Below are positions 1 to 10,937 of a stretch of DNA of 64,000 nucleotides, piece after piece (within the stretch, counting starts at the first letter, position 1; every line of letters begins with the position of its first letter). This stretch comes from the human T2T-CHM13v2.0 reference genome, Homo sapiens. The DNA lies in the NCBI RefSeq assembly GCF_009914755.1, contig NC_060930.1. One strand, 5' to 3'. Below the pieces are notes generated by a model. That model was not told the DNA's origin, did no database searches, and saw nothing but the letters and a program-made list of their open reading frames with translations. The translations under genes were made by a program, and so were the position numbers.

Positions 1-870
1 TTCACTTATGAAGCTTAGTTTGGCTGGATATGAAATTCTGGGTTGAAAATTCTTGTCTTTAAGAATGTTGAATATTGGCCCCCACTCTCTTCTGGCTTGT
101 AGAGTTTCTGCCGAGAGATCCACTGTTAGTCTGATGGGCTTCGCTTTGTGGGTAACCCGACCTTTCTCTCTGGCTGCCCTTAACATTTTTTCCTTCATTT
201 CAACTTTGGTAAATCTGACAATTATGTGTCTTGGAGTTGCTCTTCTTGAGGAGTATCTTTGTGGCGTTCTCTGTATTTCCTGAATCTGAATGTTGGCCTG
301 CCTTGCTAGATTGGGGAAGTTCTCCTGGATAATATCCTGCAGAGTGTTTTCCAGCTTGGTTCCATTCTGCCCGTCACTTTCAGGTACACCAATCAGATGT
401 AGATTTGGTCTTTTCACATAGTCCCATATTTCTTGGAGGCTTTGCTCATTTCTTTTTATTCTTTTTTCTCTAAACTTCCCTTCTTGCTTCACTTCATTCA
501 TTTCATCTTCCATCGCTGATACCGTTTCTTCCAGTTGATCGCATCAGCTCCTGAGGCTTCTGCATTCTTCACGTAGTTCTCGAGCCTTGGTTTTCAGCTC
601 CATCAGCTCCTTTAAGCACTTCTCTGTATTGGTTATTCTAGTTATACATTCTTCTAAATTTTTTTCAAAGTTTTCAACTTCTTTGCCTTTGGCTTGAATG
701 TCCTCCCGTAGCTTGGAGTAATTTGATTGTCTGAAGCCTTCTCTCAGCACGTCAAAGTCATTCTCCGCCCAGCTTTGTTCCATTGCTGGTGAGGAACTGC
801 TTTCCTTTGGAGGAGGAGAGGTGCTCTGCTTTTTAGAGTTTCCAGTTTTTCTGCTCTGTTTTTTCCCCAT
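1..870 (-). pseudogene. ORF1: L1 ORF1p, disrupted by an in-frame TGA at 544-546; truncated by window edge
   Basis: Translation matches L1 ORF1p (…LREECRSLRS*CDQLEE…). The stop replaces an Arg CGA and the frame continues EMNEVKQEGKFREKRIKRNEQSLQEIWDYVKRPNL. Confidence 0.95.
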
Positions 871-1774
871 CTTTGTGGTTTTATCTACTTTTGGTCTTTG
901 ATGATGGTGATGTACAGATGGGTTTTTGGTGTGGATGTCCTTTCTATTTGTTAGTTTTCCTTCTAACAGACAGGACTCTCAGCTGCAGGTCTGTTGGAGT
1001 ACCCTGCCGTGTGAGGTGTCAGTGTGCCCCTGCTGGGGGGTGCCTCCCAGTTAGGCTGCTTGGGGGTCAGGGGTCAGGGACCCACTTGAGGAGGCAGTCT
1101 GCCCATTCTCAGATCTCCAGCTGCGTGCTGGGAGAACCACTGCTCTATTCAAAGCTGTCAGACAGGGACATTTAAGTCTGCAGAGTTTACTGCTGTCTTT
1201 TTGTTTGTCTGTGCCCTGTCCCCAGAGGTGGAGCCTACAGAGGCAGGCAGGCCTCCTTGAGCTGTGGTGGGCTCCACCCAGTTCGAGCTTCCCAGCTGCT
1301 TTGTTTACCTAAGCAAGCCTGGGCAATGGCGGGCGCTCCTCCCCCAGCCTCGCTGCCACCTTGCTGTTTGATCTCAGACTGCTGTGGTAGCAATCAGTGA
1401 GACTCCGTGGGCGTAGGACCCTCCCAGCCAGGTGCGGGATATAATCTCGTGGTGTGCCGTTTTTTAAGCCGGTCGGAAAAGCGCAGTATTCGGGTGGGAG
1501 TGACCCGATTTTCCAGGTGCGTCCATCACCCCTTTCTTTGACTCGGAAAGGGAACTCCCTGACCCCTTGCGCTTCCCAAGTGAGGCAATGCCTTGCCCTG
1601 CTTCAGCTCGCACACGGTGCGCGCGCCCACTGACCTGCGCCCACTGTCTGGCACTCCCTAGTGAGATGAACCCGGTACCTCAGATGGAAATGCAGAAATC
1701 ACCCGTCTTCTGCGTCACTCACTCTGGGAGCTGTAGACCGGAGCTGTTCCTATTCGGCCATGTTGGCTCCTCCC
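871..1774. promoter_or_regulatory. L1 5'UTR bidirectional promoter (sense promoter to the left, antisense promoter firing to the right into the window)
   Basis: Full-length CpG-rich L1PA 5'UTR; YY1 motif (+ strand CGGCCATGTTGG at ~1755-1766). Activity is inferred from family knowledge. Confidence 0.65.
1326..1541 (+). pseudogene. ORF0: L1 antisense ORF0 (71-codon frame) with premature stop at codon 25
   Basis: ATG at 1326 gives MAGAPPPASLPPCCLISDCCGSNQ*DSVGVGPSQPGAGYNLVVCRFLSRSEKRSIRVGVTRFSRCVHHPFL*, matching primate ORF0. Internal TGA at 1398-1400. Confidence 0.9.
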
Positions 1775-1789
1775 GATTATTTATAAATT

Positions 1790-2860
1790 TTTAAAAATTT
1801 ATACATTTTATCTAAGTTGTCAAATTTATTTACATAAAGTTCACAATGTTTCCTTATTATTTTAAGATTGGTGAGATTAGTAGTGTCCTTTTATTTCTGA
1901 TATTGGTATGTGATTTTTATCTCTCATTTTCTTGGTTACTCTTATTGTGTCATTTTTTTCAAAACACTAACTATGGCTTTATTTTATGTATTGTTTATCT
2001 GTCTTCTATTTTACTGATTTCTGCTTTTATCTTTATTATTTGTTTCTTCTACTTATGTTCAGTTTACCATTTACTTTCCATTTACTTGTTTGCTTCTTAA
2101 AGTTAAATATTAAATCATTAATTTTGACCTTTCTTCCTTAATATAGACAATGATGTCTGAAAAATACCTTCTAAGCCATGCTTTATAAGCATCCCAGAAA
2201 CTTAAACACATTGTGTTTTTATTATTATTCAGCTCAAAATACTTCTTTATTTCTCTTGCAACTTCTTTAATCCAGTGTGTGTTATACAAAGTCCAAATAT
2301 TTGAGGCTTTCTGCCATATTTTACTGATGTCTAATTCAATTTCTTTGCAGGCAGTGGACATAATCTGAAATCATTCAATAAAATGTACTGAGATTTATTT
2401 CATGGGCCAATGTATGATTTATTATTTCAGGTGTAATTTTGAGTTTTTGGATGTAAGGCCTGTAATGTGCATTAGATACAGTTGACTGAGAAGATAGTTT
2501 AGATATTATATTTTCTTACTAATTTTTGTCTACTTATCTTGAGAGGTTTTTAAAATCTCTCTACATAAATGTGGATTTGACTATTTATATTTTTATTTCT
2601 GTCCATTTTACCTCATGAATTTGACTCTTTGTTATTAGTTGCATATATATTTAGAATTGTTATGCCTTATTGGTGAATGGCTGCTTTTATCATTGTGTAT
2701 ACTTAAAGTCTGCTTCACCTGATATTAATATAGCTCCTCCACCTTCCTTATGTTTACTCTTTGTATAGTGTAGCTTTCCTACCTGTTTATTTCTAACCTA
2801 CCTCTGCCTTTATTTTAAAAATACACCTTTTACATGGCACATTAGGGTTTTGTTTCTTTG
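1790..2860 (-). mobile_element. Ancient L1M (L1ME-like) ORF2 endonuclease/linker region fragment
   Basis: ORF 2110-2361(-) WIKEVAREIKKYFELNNNKNTMCLSFWDAYKAWLR resembles the L1 ORF2 motif EIKKYFELNEN…NLWDAAKAVLRG. Confidence 0.8.
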
Positions 2861-2864
2861 ATTT

Positions 2865-4390
2865 TAAATTTTTTATTTTTGATTTTTGTTGGTACATAGT
2901 AGGTGTGTATATTTATGGGGTACATGAGATGTTTTGATACAGGCATGCAATGTGAAATAAGTACATCGTGGACAATGAGGTATCCATCCACAAATCCTCA
3001 AGCATTTATCCTTTGTGTTACAAACAATCCAATTACACTCTTTTAGTCATTTTTAAATGTATGATTAAATTATCATTGACTATAGTCACCCTATTCTGCC
3101 ATCAAACAGTATGTCTTACTCATTCTTTCTATTTTTTTGTACCCATTAACCATCCCCGTCTCACCTTCATTCCCCACCACCCTTCTCAGCCTCTGGTAAC
3201 CATCCTTCTACTCTCTATTTCCATTAGTTCAATTGTTTTGATTTTTAGATCCCACAAATAAGTGAGAACATGTGATGTTTATCTTTCTGTACCTGGCTTA
3301 TTTCACTTAACCATCTCCAGTTCCATCCATGTTGTTGCAAATGACAGGATTTCATTCTTCTTTATGGCTGAATCAGACTCCACTGTGTATATGTACCACA
3401 TTTTCTTTATCCATTCATCTGTTGATGGACATTTACGTTGCTTCCATATCTTAGCTATTGTGAATAGTGCTACAATCTACATTTTCTTTATCCATTATCT
3501 GTTGATGGACCCTTAGATTACTTCCAAATCTTAGCTATTGTAAACAGTGCTGCAACAAACATGGGAGTGCAGATATCTCTTCGATATACTGATTTCCATT
3601 CTTTTGGGTATATATACCCAGCAGTGGGATTGCTGGATCATATAGTAGCTCCATTTTTATCTTTTTGAGGAATCTCCAAACTGTTTTCCATAGTGGTTGT
3701 ACTAATTTACATTCCCATCAAGAGAGTATAAGGTTTCCCTTTTCTCCACATTCTCACCAGCATTTGTTATTGCCTGTATTTTGGGTATAAGCCATTTTAA
3801 CTGAGATGAGATGATGTTTCATAGTAGTTTTTGATTTGCATTTCTCTGATGATCAATGATGTTGAGCACTTTTCATATGCCTGTTTGCCACTTGTATGTC
3901 TTCTTTTGAGAAATGTCTACTCAAATCTTTTGCCCATTTATGGATTCAATTATTAGACTTTTTCCTATAGAGTTGTTTGAGCTCCTTATATATCTGGTTA
4001 TTAATTCCTTGTCAGATGGATAGTTTGCAAATATTTTCTCCAATCCTCTGGGTTGTCTCTTCACTTTGTTGGTTATTTCCTTTGCTGTTCAGAAGCTTTT
4101 TAACTCCTTGTGAACCAATTTGTTTATTTGTGTTTTTGTTGCCTATGGTTGGGAGATACTGCTCAAGAAATTTTTGGCCAGACCAATGTCCTGGAGATTT
4201 CCCCCAATGTTTTCTTGTAGTAGTTTCATAGTCTGAGGTCTTAGATTTAAGTCCTTAATCTAGTTTGATTTGATTTTTTACATATGGCAAGAGACAGGAG
4301 TCTGCTTTCTTTCTTCTGCATGTGAATATCTAGTTTTCCCAGCATCTATTGAAGAGACTTTATTTTACCCCAGCATATATTTTTGGCACC
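2865..4390 (-). mobile_element. 5'-truncated L1MA (L1MA2/3-like) 3' end inserted into the older L1M
   Basis: T-rich tail followed by GGTACATAGTAGGTGTGTATATTTATGGGGTACATGAGATGTTTTGATACAGGCATGCAATG (typical L1MA 3'UTR), then antisense ORF2 C-terminus. Confidence 0.85.
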
Positions 4391-6470
4391 TTTTTTTTTT
4401 GGTCCAGTATGAAAATCTCTGTCAGTTGATGGGTATTAGTTTATTTACTTTTAACATAATTGCTGATATGGCTGAATTCCTATCTTGCTCCTAACATACC
4501 TTCTTTTCGGTTTATCAACATTTTTTAATACTCAGTTTTTACTTGCTCTAGTAGTTTCCTAACTATACCTCTTTTATTGTATTTTAATTGGTTTCTCTAT
4601 GGCTAACTGTATGCATCCTTAACTTACCAGAATTAATTTAGAATTAATATTGTACCTTTTAAAACTTCAACATATAACACAATACGTTTGACTTTAACCT
4701 TTCTACTTTCCACTTCCCAATATATACTTTCCACTTCACAAATATAATGACCTTGCAACGGTATAAATCCAATACTTGTCTCCTAATTCTTTGTGCAAAT
4801 GCTATCGTAGCTTTTATTTCTATATACATATAAATTTCTGCTTCTAATATTATTTTTGCTTTAAACATAAATTACATTTTAAGTACTTTTTGAAAAGAAA
4901 ATAAACCTAGTCTTTTGTATTTACTCATTTATTTACTATTTCTGGTGTATTTCATTCCTTCCTGCCGATCCAAATTTTCTTGGGGCATAACTTCCCTTTG
5001 GCCTCATGGTTTTCCCTTTAGAATTTCTGGTCATGGCAATTGCTGGTGGAAAATGTACTCGGGTTTTATTCTGAAAATGTCTTTATTTTACCCTTATTTC
5101 TGAAGAAAATTCTCGCTGGATATTGAATTCTCTATTGCCAGTATTTTCTTTCAAGCTTTCATATCTTACATCATTGTTTTTTGGCCTGCATTTTTTAAAA
5201 ATGTGTAATAAATTTATCTTTTTTTCCCTACAGGTAATGTGGGGTTTTTTTTTTCCTCTGTCTGCTTTCAAGATTTTTTTTTTCATTTTTGTTTTTTAGA
5301 AGTTTGACTATTATGGGCATAACTATAGATCTCTTTACATTTATTCTTAAGTAAGTTGTAATTTCATCAAATTTGGAATATTTTCAGCCACTATTTCTTC
5401 AAATATATATTTTTCTGTCTCATTCACACTCTCCTTTTCTCAGGGACTCAAATAAATGTATTTTACACCATTGATATTGTTCAACAGACCCCTGAAATAC
5501 TGTTCATTTTTCTTTAATCTTTTTAACCTCATTACTTACATTGAATAAATTCTATTGATTGATTTTCAATGTTCCTGACTCTTTTTTTTTTTTTTGCTGC
5601 CATCTTCAATCTTCTGGCCCCATCTAATAAAATTTATTTGTATTTCAATTACTAGATTTTTTATTTATAGAGTCTCCATATGATTTTTTTATAGTTTCCA
5701 TTTTTCTGTGGAAACTCCCTATGTGTTCACTCATTAAGATCAGATTTTTCTTTAATTTTTGACCATATTTATAAAAGCAGCATTAAAGTCTTTTTCTATT
5801 AAGTCCATTTTTTTGGCCATCTTGGGTTTGTTATCTATTTTTTTCTTTTTTTTTTTTCTTGACTGTAGAGCACTGCTTCTTTGTATGACTAAGGAGTTAT
5901 GTACTGAACACTGAATATTGGCAATCATATATCTTAAAGATTCTGGATTTTGTTAGTTTTCTCCAAAGAATGTGGATTCTTATTTTAACAAGGAATTCAT
6001 TTGTTTTTAACTCATGTAGGGTTTGGTATAATTGTAAGCCTCGGATGGTCCTGCCTGGTTGCAGGTATAAGTCCAGCCCTTATTCATAAACCAGCAGAGG
6101 ACCTCCACATACACCTTGAGGACCACTCTCTGCAATCTCCTTATTTTTCCGATGCCATATTTCACAGACTCTAGCTATTTCAGCAGCCCTACCCTCTGAA
6201 TTCTGCCTCCTTAGTTCAGTTAGACTGTTAAGCTATGCTGGGACCCCTGTTCTCTGTGCAGCAATTGGGAAATTGTTTATAACAGAGATTCAGGGAAGTG
6301 ATGGAACTAATCTTGTGAGTTGTCTTTCTCTAGGGGTCACAGTCCTCTCTTGCCCGAGTTCCATTGCCCAAAAACAGTTGACTCACATATCTTGTCTAAT
6401 TTTATAGGTGTTTATTGTGGTAGGGCTAATTTGGTGCCAGTTTTTTCATTCATGTCTAGAAGTGAAGTTC
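4391..6470 (-). mobile_element. Ancient L1M continuation: ORF1 remnant and L1ME-type 5' end
   Basis: ORF 5083-5286(-) KKILKADRGKKKPHITCREK resembles the ORF1 motif KILKAAREK-QITYKG. 6300-6470 is homologous to the L1M 5' end at 29092. Confidence 0.7.
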
Positions 6471-6494
6471 CACTACTTCTGTCTTTTTTTCCCC

Positions 6495-6695
6495 CTCATG
6501 GCACTTATTACCCTCTCACATATTAGAAAATTTACTTATATGTCAGACATTAATAGATTATTATCTGCCTCTTCTCACCACCTTACCAGAATATAAGCTT
6601 CATATGAATAAAGGTATTTGTCTGTTTTGTTCACTAATGTATCTCAGGCACCTAGAACAGTGCCTGGCACGTAGTTGGTGCTTAATCAGTATATT
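6495..6695 (+). mobile_element. L2 3' end fragment
   Basis: TTGTTCACTAATGTATCTCAGGCACCTAGAACAGTGCCTGGCACGTAGTTGGTGCTTAAT is the L2 terminal motif. Confidence 0.8.
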
Positions 6696-7883
6696 ATCTC
6701 AGTCATTTTACAAATAGGAGATGGCTCAAAGGGTGCATCTATATGTATTTTTTAACTTTCACATTAATAAGTGGTAAAACTTGCTTTTGCATTTGTTCTC
6801 AAACTTCTGACTCAAAAACCTATGTTCTTCTCACAGTAGCCTTCTTCTTTTTCTAGTTTCTAAAGTAAGACAGAGAAGAGGAAATATTAAGGAATAAAAA
6901 AACTCGGAGGCAAAATGCACAACTATGTCTCCATGAACTTCCTAAGAAGAGGCTAATTATAGGTTTATTTACTAACTAAATACAATTTATTCTACATTCT
7001 AGGTGGAAAGCTCTGTACACAATGATTAAGACTTATTCCTGGGTAAGGATATTAGTGAATCTGATTTTGGAATTGTAGTTTTATAATCTTATTTATTTGT
7101 GTTTTACTTTTTAAAAACTAAATATGATTTTTGAATGAGAAATTGGAGAAATTGAAGTCTAGTCATGGCCTAGTCTAGTCATCTATCTATTAGCTGTGAA
7201 ACTTTGGGTAAATAGTAACCTTTATAGACCTGTTATTTTCCCCCAAAATTGTTCTAGTAATACATGTTTATTCCACTACTTCTTTTTAATGTAGATGAAA
7301 CAAGAAAAGGAATTCCAAATGCTTTGAAAATTATAAACTGCAATGTATTAAATATTATCTGAGCTGTTTAAAATTTAAAGTTGGTAAGCCTTTATAAGTA
7401 GTATGTTAAAGATTACAAGTAAAATGATATGTAAAGAGCAGCAGCAGTATTGAAGGACATGTGTTTATTTTGTGCTAAATTGAACTTTGCAGCAGGCCTT
7501 AATAAACCTAAACCAGAAAAGAAAAATTTCTTTTACTTATTTGCTTGAAAAGAATGTTATAAGACAAATTTACTTCAGATTTCTTCAAAACTTTCCATTA
7601 AACTTGTTGTGGGTATAATGAGGGAAACTTTTACTAATATAAAAATATAAGACATAGAGTAAAAATGAAAAGCTATTTCAGGGTACAATTTCAGAAAAGG
7701 ATTTAAGAGTTTGGATCATGTTTCCACTTCAGAGCTCCTTCAAGGGATTGAGGGGAAATGGTGTAGTTTTGTTTTCAGTTACAAATCGGCATGATATACA
7801 TTATGTAAAAATTATGCGAGATTAAACACCTTTTAGTTGCCCAAGGAGAAATGCTTCTTTCTTTCACATATAAATTCAACCTT

Positions 7884-8190
7884 GGCCAGGCGTGGTGGCT
7901 CAAGCCTGTAGTCCCAGCACTTTGGGAAGTCGAGGCAGGTGGATCACTTGAGGTCAGGAGTTCGAGACCAGCCTGGCCAACATAGCGAAACCCCGTCTCT
8001 AGTAAAAATTCAAAAAATTACCCGGGGGTGGTGGCATGTGCCTGTAGTTCCAGCTACTTGGGAGGCTGAAGCAGGATAATCACTTGAACCAGGAGGCAGA
8101 GGTTACAGTGAGCCAAGATTGTACCACTACACTCCAGCCCGGGCAACAGAGCAAAACTTCATCTCAATAAAAATAAAAATGAAAATAAAA
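7884..8190 (+). mobile_element. AluS (Sx/Sz-like), full length
   Basis: Dimeric Alu with A tail; TSD ATAAATTCA(A/T)CCTT at 7870-7883 and 8191-8204. Confidence 0.97.
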
Positions 8191-9119
8191 ATAAATTCAT
8201 CCTTAATAATTTTCTTTGTTGATATGAATACTTGTTCTGTTTGATTTAGAAAGTCTTGCATAATTCAGTTGTATTTCTCTTCTCTTCCCTTGGGAATGCA
8301 ATGAGGAACTGGTTATATATATACTTTGTAAAGAAAATGTGGTATCTTAGACTAAAACTACTTTAGCAAATAGTAGTTGGTAAGTTAACACCAACTACTC
8401 CCATCCAGAAAGAACCAACCACATAATTCTGGGTTTAGTATAGCATTTATCTCGGCCTCTGAGATCACATTTTAAAGTGTTAAAATTGAATCTTCTCTTT
8501 GGGATGTTGCGGTGAGAATTGTTTTTTAAGGGAAAAAAATGGAGGAAAAATGGGCAAAGGAAATTAACAAGTAAAATCTAAATAGCTTGACCAAAATAAA
8601 ATTCGTTTGAAAAGAATAAAAATTAATGCTTTCAACCTAGTACAATAACTGAGAACTAGATAAATCTATGGACTAAGAGGTCCTTGTAGATACTGCATGT
8701 GCTAGGATGAATAAAAGAGATTGGAATTAGCAAATAGATTATGTGTCAGTAAATATATGCTTTTAAATTACTTGAAGGCACACAAAACAGTTTGTTTAAA
8801 ATAACTTGAAGATCTTAGACATTCCCTCTCAAATGTTATTTACCCACTGCCTCGCTTTGTTTCAGAAAGCTGTATTCCATTCTTTTGCTAGAATGTAAAA
8901 GTACACCCATCATCTTTGTCCCTGGTCCTTTAAGGTTAAGTAGAACACTGACAAATAATATTCCTCTAATGGAGTCTAAATTAGGAGTAACACCTTCTCT
9001 TATAATGATAAAATGAGCACTGAGACCTCAAGATTTTAAAAAGCCATCATAAGGGGTAGTAAAAACGGTTACAATCACTATACTGCATTGCAAATTGTGG
9101 TGACTTTGGTTTGGAATAT

Positions 9120-9504
9120 AGTAGTATGTCAGCAACAGATACTGCTTACTCTAAATCAACATTCCTTTTTCTAACTTACTAAAGAATCTCAATTTTCTAC
9201 AGGTATCCACCTATGCCTCATGTTACTTGGGGAGAGGTGACCCTATCCTTGCCTCAGGGGCAAATATTAGTTGGGACAAACCAGTTATGATAGGTAATCT
9301 CATCCTCATCTGCCAACCCTGCCCCACTGACCCAGAGTTGGGTCCCATGCCCAGCATGGGAATATGAGAGCAGGTTTTTTTTGCTTTTTGGAAAGGTTTC
9401 CTTCTTTTTAAGACAAAGGTGCTAGAAGTAACGGCATCTTTGTGCTTCCATGTGGATGTAACGTGAGCTGCGATAGCTGTCTTGCAACCCTGGGGAGAGC
9501 TATC
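9120..9504 (+). mobile_element. Probable old ERVL-type LTR (LTR16/LTR33-like), interrupted by MLT1
   Basis: Weak similarity from memory (…CATTCCTTTTTCT…TGACCCTATCC…GCTGTCTTGCAACC…); appears to resume after 9900. Confidence 0.4.
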
Positions 9505-9900
9505 TGTATCAGTTTATTAGGGCTGCCATAACAACGTACCATGGACTGTGTGGCTTAAATAACAGAAATTTATTTGCTCACAGTTCTGAAGGCTGGAAGT
9601 CTAAGATCAAAGTGTTGGCAGGGTTGCTTTCTCCTGAGGGCTCTTGCCTTGACTCTTCTCATTGTGTTCTCACATGGTCTTTTCCTGGTGCACGTGTGCA
9701 CCTGTTGTCTCTTCTTGGGTGTCCAAATTTCCTCTTTTTATAAGGATACCAGTAAGATTGAAGTAAAACCCATTCTAATGACCTCCTTTCAACTTCATCA
9801 TCTCTTTAAAGGCTCTATCTCTGAATAGTTATAGTCTGAGGTACTGGAGGATAGGGCTTCAACATATGAATTTTGGGGAGAGGCAATTCAGCTTATAACA
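9505..9900 (-). mobile_element. MLT1B-like MaLR solo LTR
   Basis: TG…CA ends; reverse complement starts TGTTATAAGCTGAATTGCCTCTCCCCAAAATTCATATGTTGAAGCCCT, a typical MLT1A/B 5' end. Confidence 0.88.
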
Positions 9901-10937
9901 CCACCCATGGGACAAATGAGCTCGCTGACAATGGTAGAAAATATCAATGGAAAAAATCTGGGTCCTGGATATGAGATAATATATATCCTTATGCTGTGTA
10001 AGCAAGTTGAATATGCATTTTCTCTTACTTGAAATTGAAGACACATACCTTATATCTAAGAACCATGGAACAAACAAAAAACCATCAATGTCACTCCTCT
10101 TCCTAGACTGCAGAGTTTCACCAGTTAGTCTGTAATATTGAAAGAGCATCTGGAAGTTCTTCCAGTTGGAGAAATAGCTGCATGTGTTGAAGAACCTTCT
10201 CAAGTGGCAAGAAATCTTCCTCTTGTAGCACTCCCCAGGAAAGATTTGGTATTCTTTGGACCCAGAGAAAATGCTTCAAGTTTTTGAAGCTGCAAAAAGA
10301 CTCAAGATAGTTACATACAGATTTAAAGTGTGCCAATGGAAAGAATGTTGTATTCGGGAAATACTTAGTTTCTTTTATGTGCATTTTCCCCATGACAATG
10401 CATGAAATGTGAATATTAATATTTAGACAGCCCCTTAATGGTTAGATAGCTAGCAACCAGGCTCTGAATACTACAAGTAAAAAAAGTTCTACAGAAAGCT
10501 ATTTCTTATAAATATTTTATTAAATGGCTAATGAAAAATAAATAGTCTGCATTTATCTAGTTATTGCACAAAACATTTTCATGCGCATTATTTTAGTGAA
10601 TCAGTACACCAGGGTGGGATTTTTGTGGACTTATTTTGCATACCAAGAACTTACATTAAATTGTCCATTCAAATGAATAATAAGAGTAGGAGCCAGGAAC
10701 CACAGGCAGATTTTCTGTCTCTAATAGGTAGAAATCCCAATTTGCAAAACAAATACATAAACAACAAAACAAAATATAAAGCAACCATAAGCATATTTTT
10801 AAAGATTCTTTTATCAAATGACAGGCATTTTTGCCAACTGGGAAAAAATAATATGGAAAAATGTTATTTGGCTTTAAAAGAAATGAAAGGTATAAAAGTA
10901 GAATCATGAAATTTCTAAAGTAAAAAATGTCTGGATT

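Larger units (their letters stand above)
1..1774 (-). mobile_element. Young LINE-1 (L1PA2/late L1PA3-type) 5' portion: ~904-bp 5'UTR plus ORF1; element continues beyond window start
   Basis: Minus strand begins GGGAGGAGCCAACATGGCCGAATAGGAACAGCTCCGG, the L1 5' end with its YY1 site. ORF1 starts MGKKQSRKTGNSKKQSTSPPPKE at 870. The flank reads TTTT/AAAAATTTATAAATAATC on the minus strand, an L1 endonuclease-type site. Confidence 0.97.

Noticed and set aside
873-1794. + strand ORFs 873-1175 and 1567-1794
   Set aside because: Non-ATG antisense frames of the L1 5'UTR; the recognised antisense ORF is ORF0 at 1326-1541.
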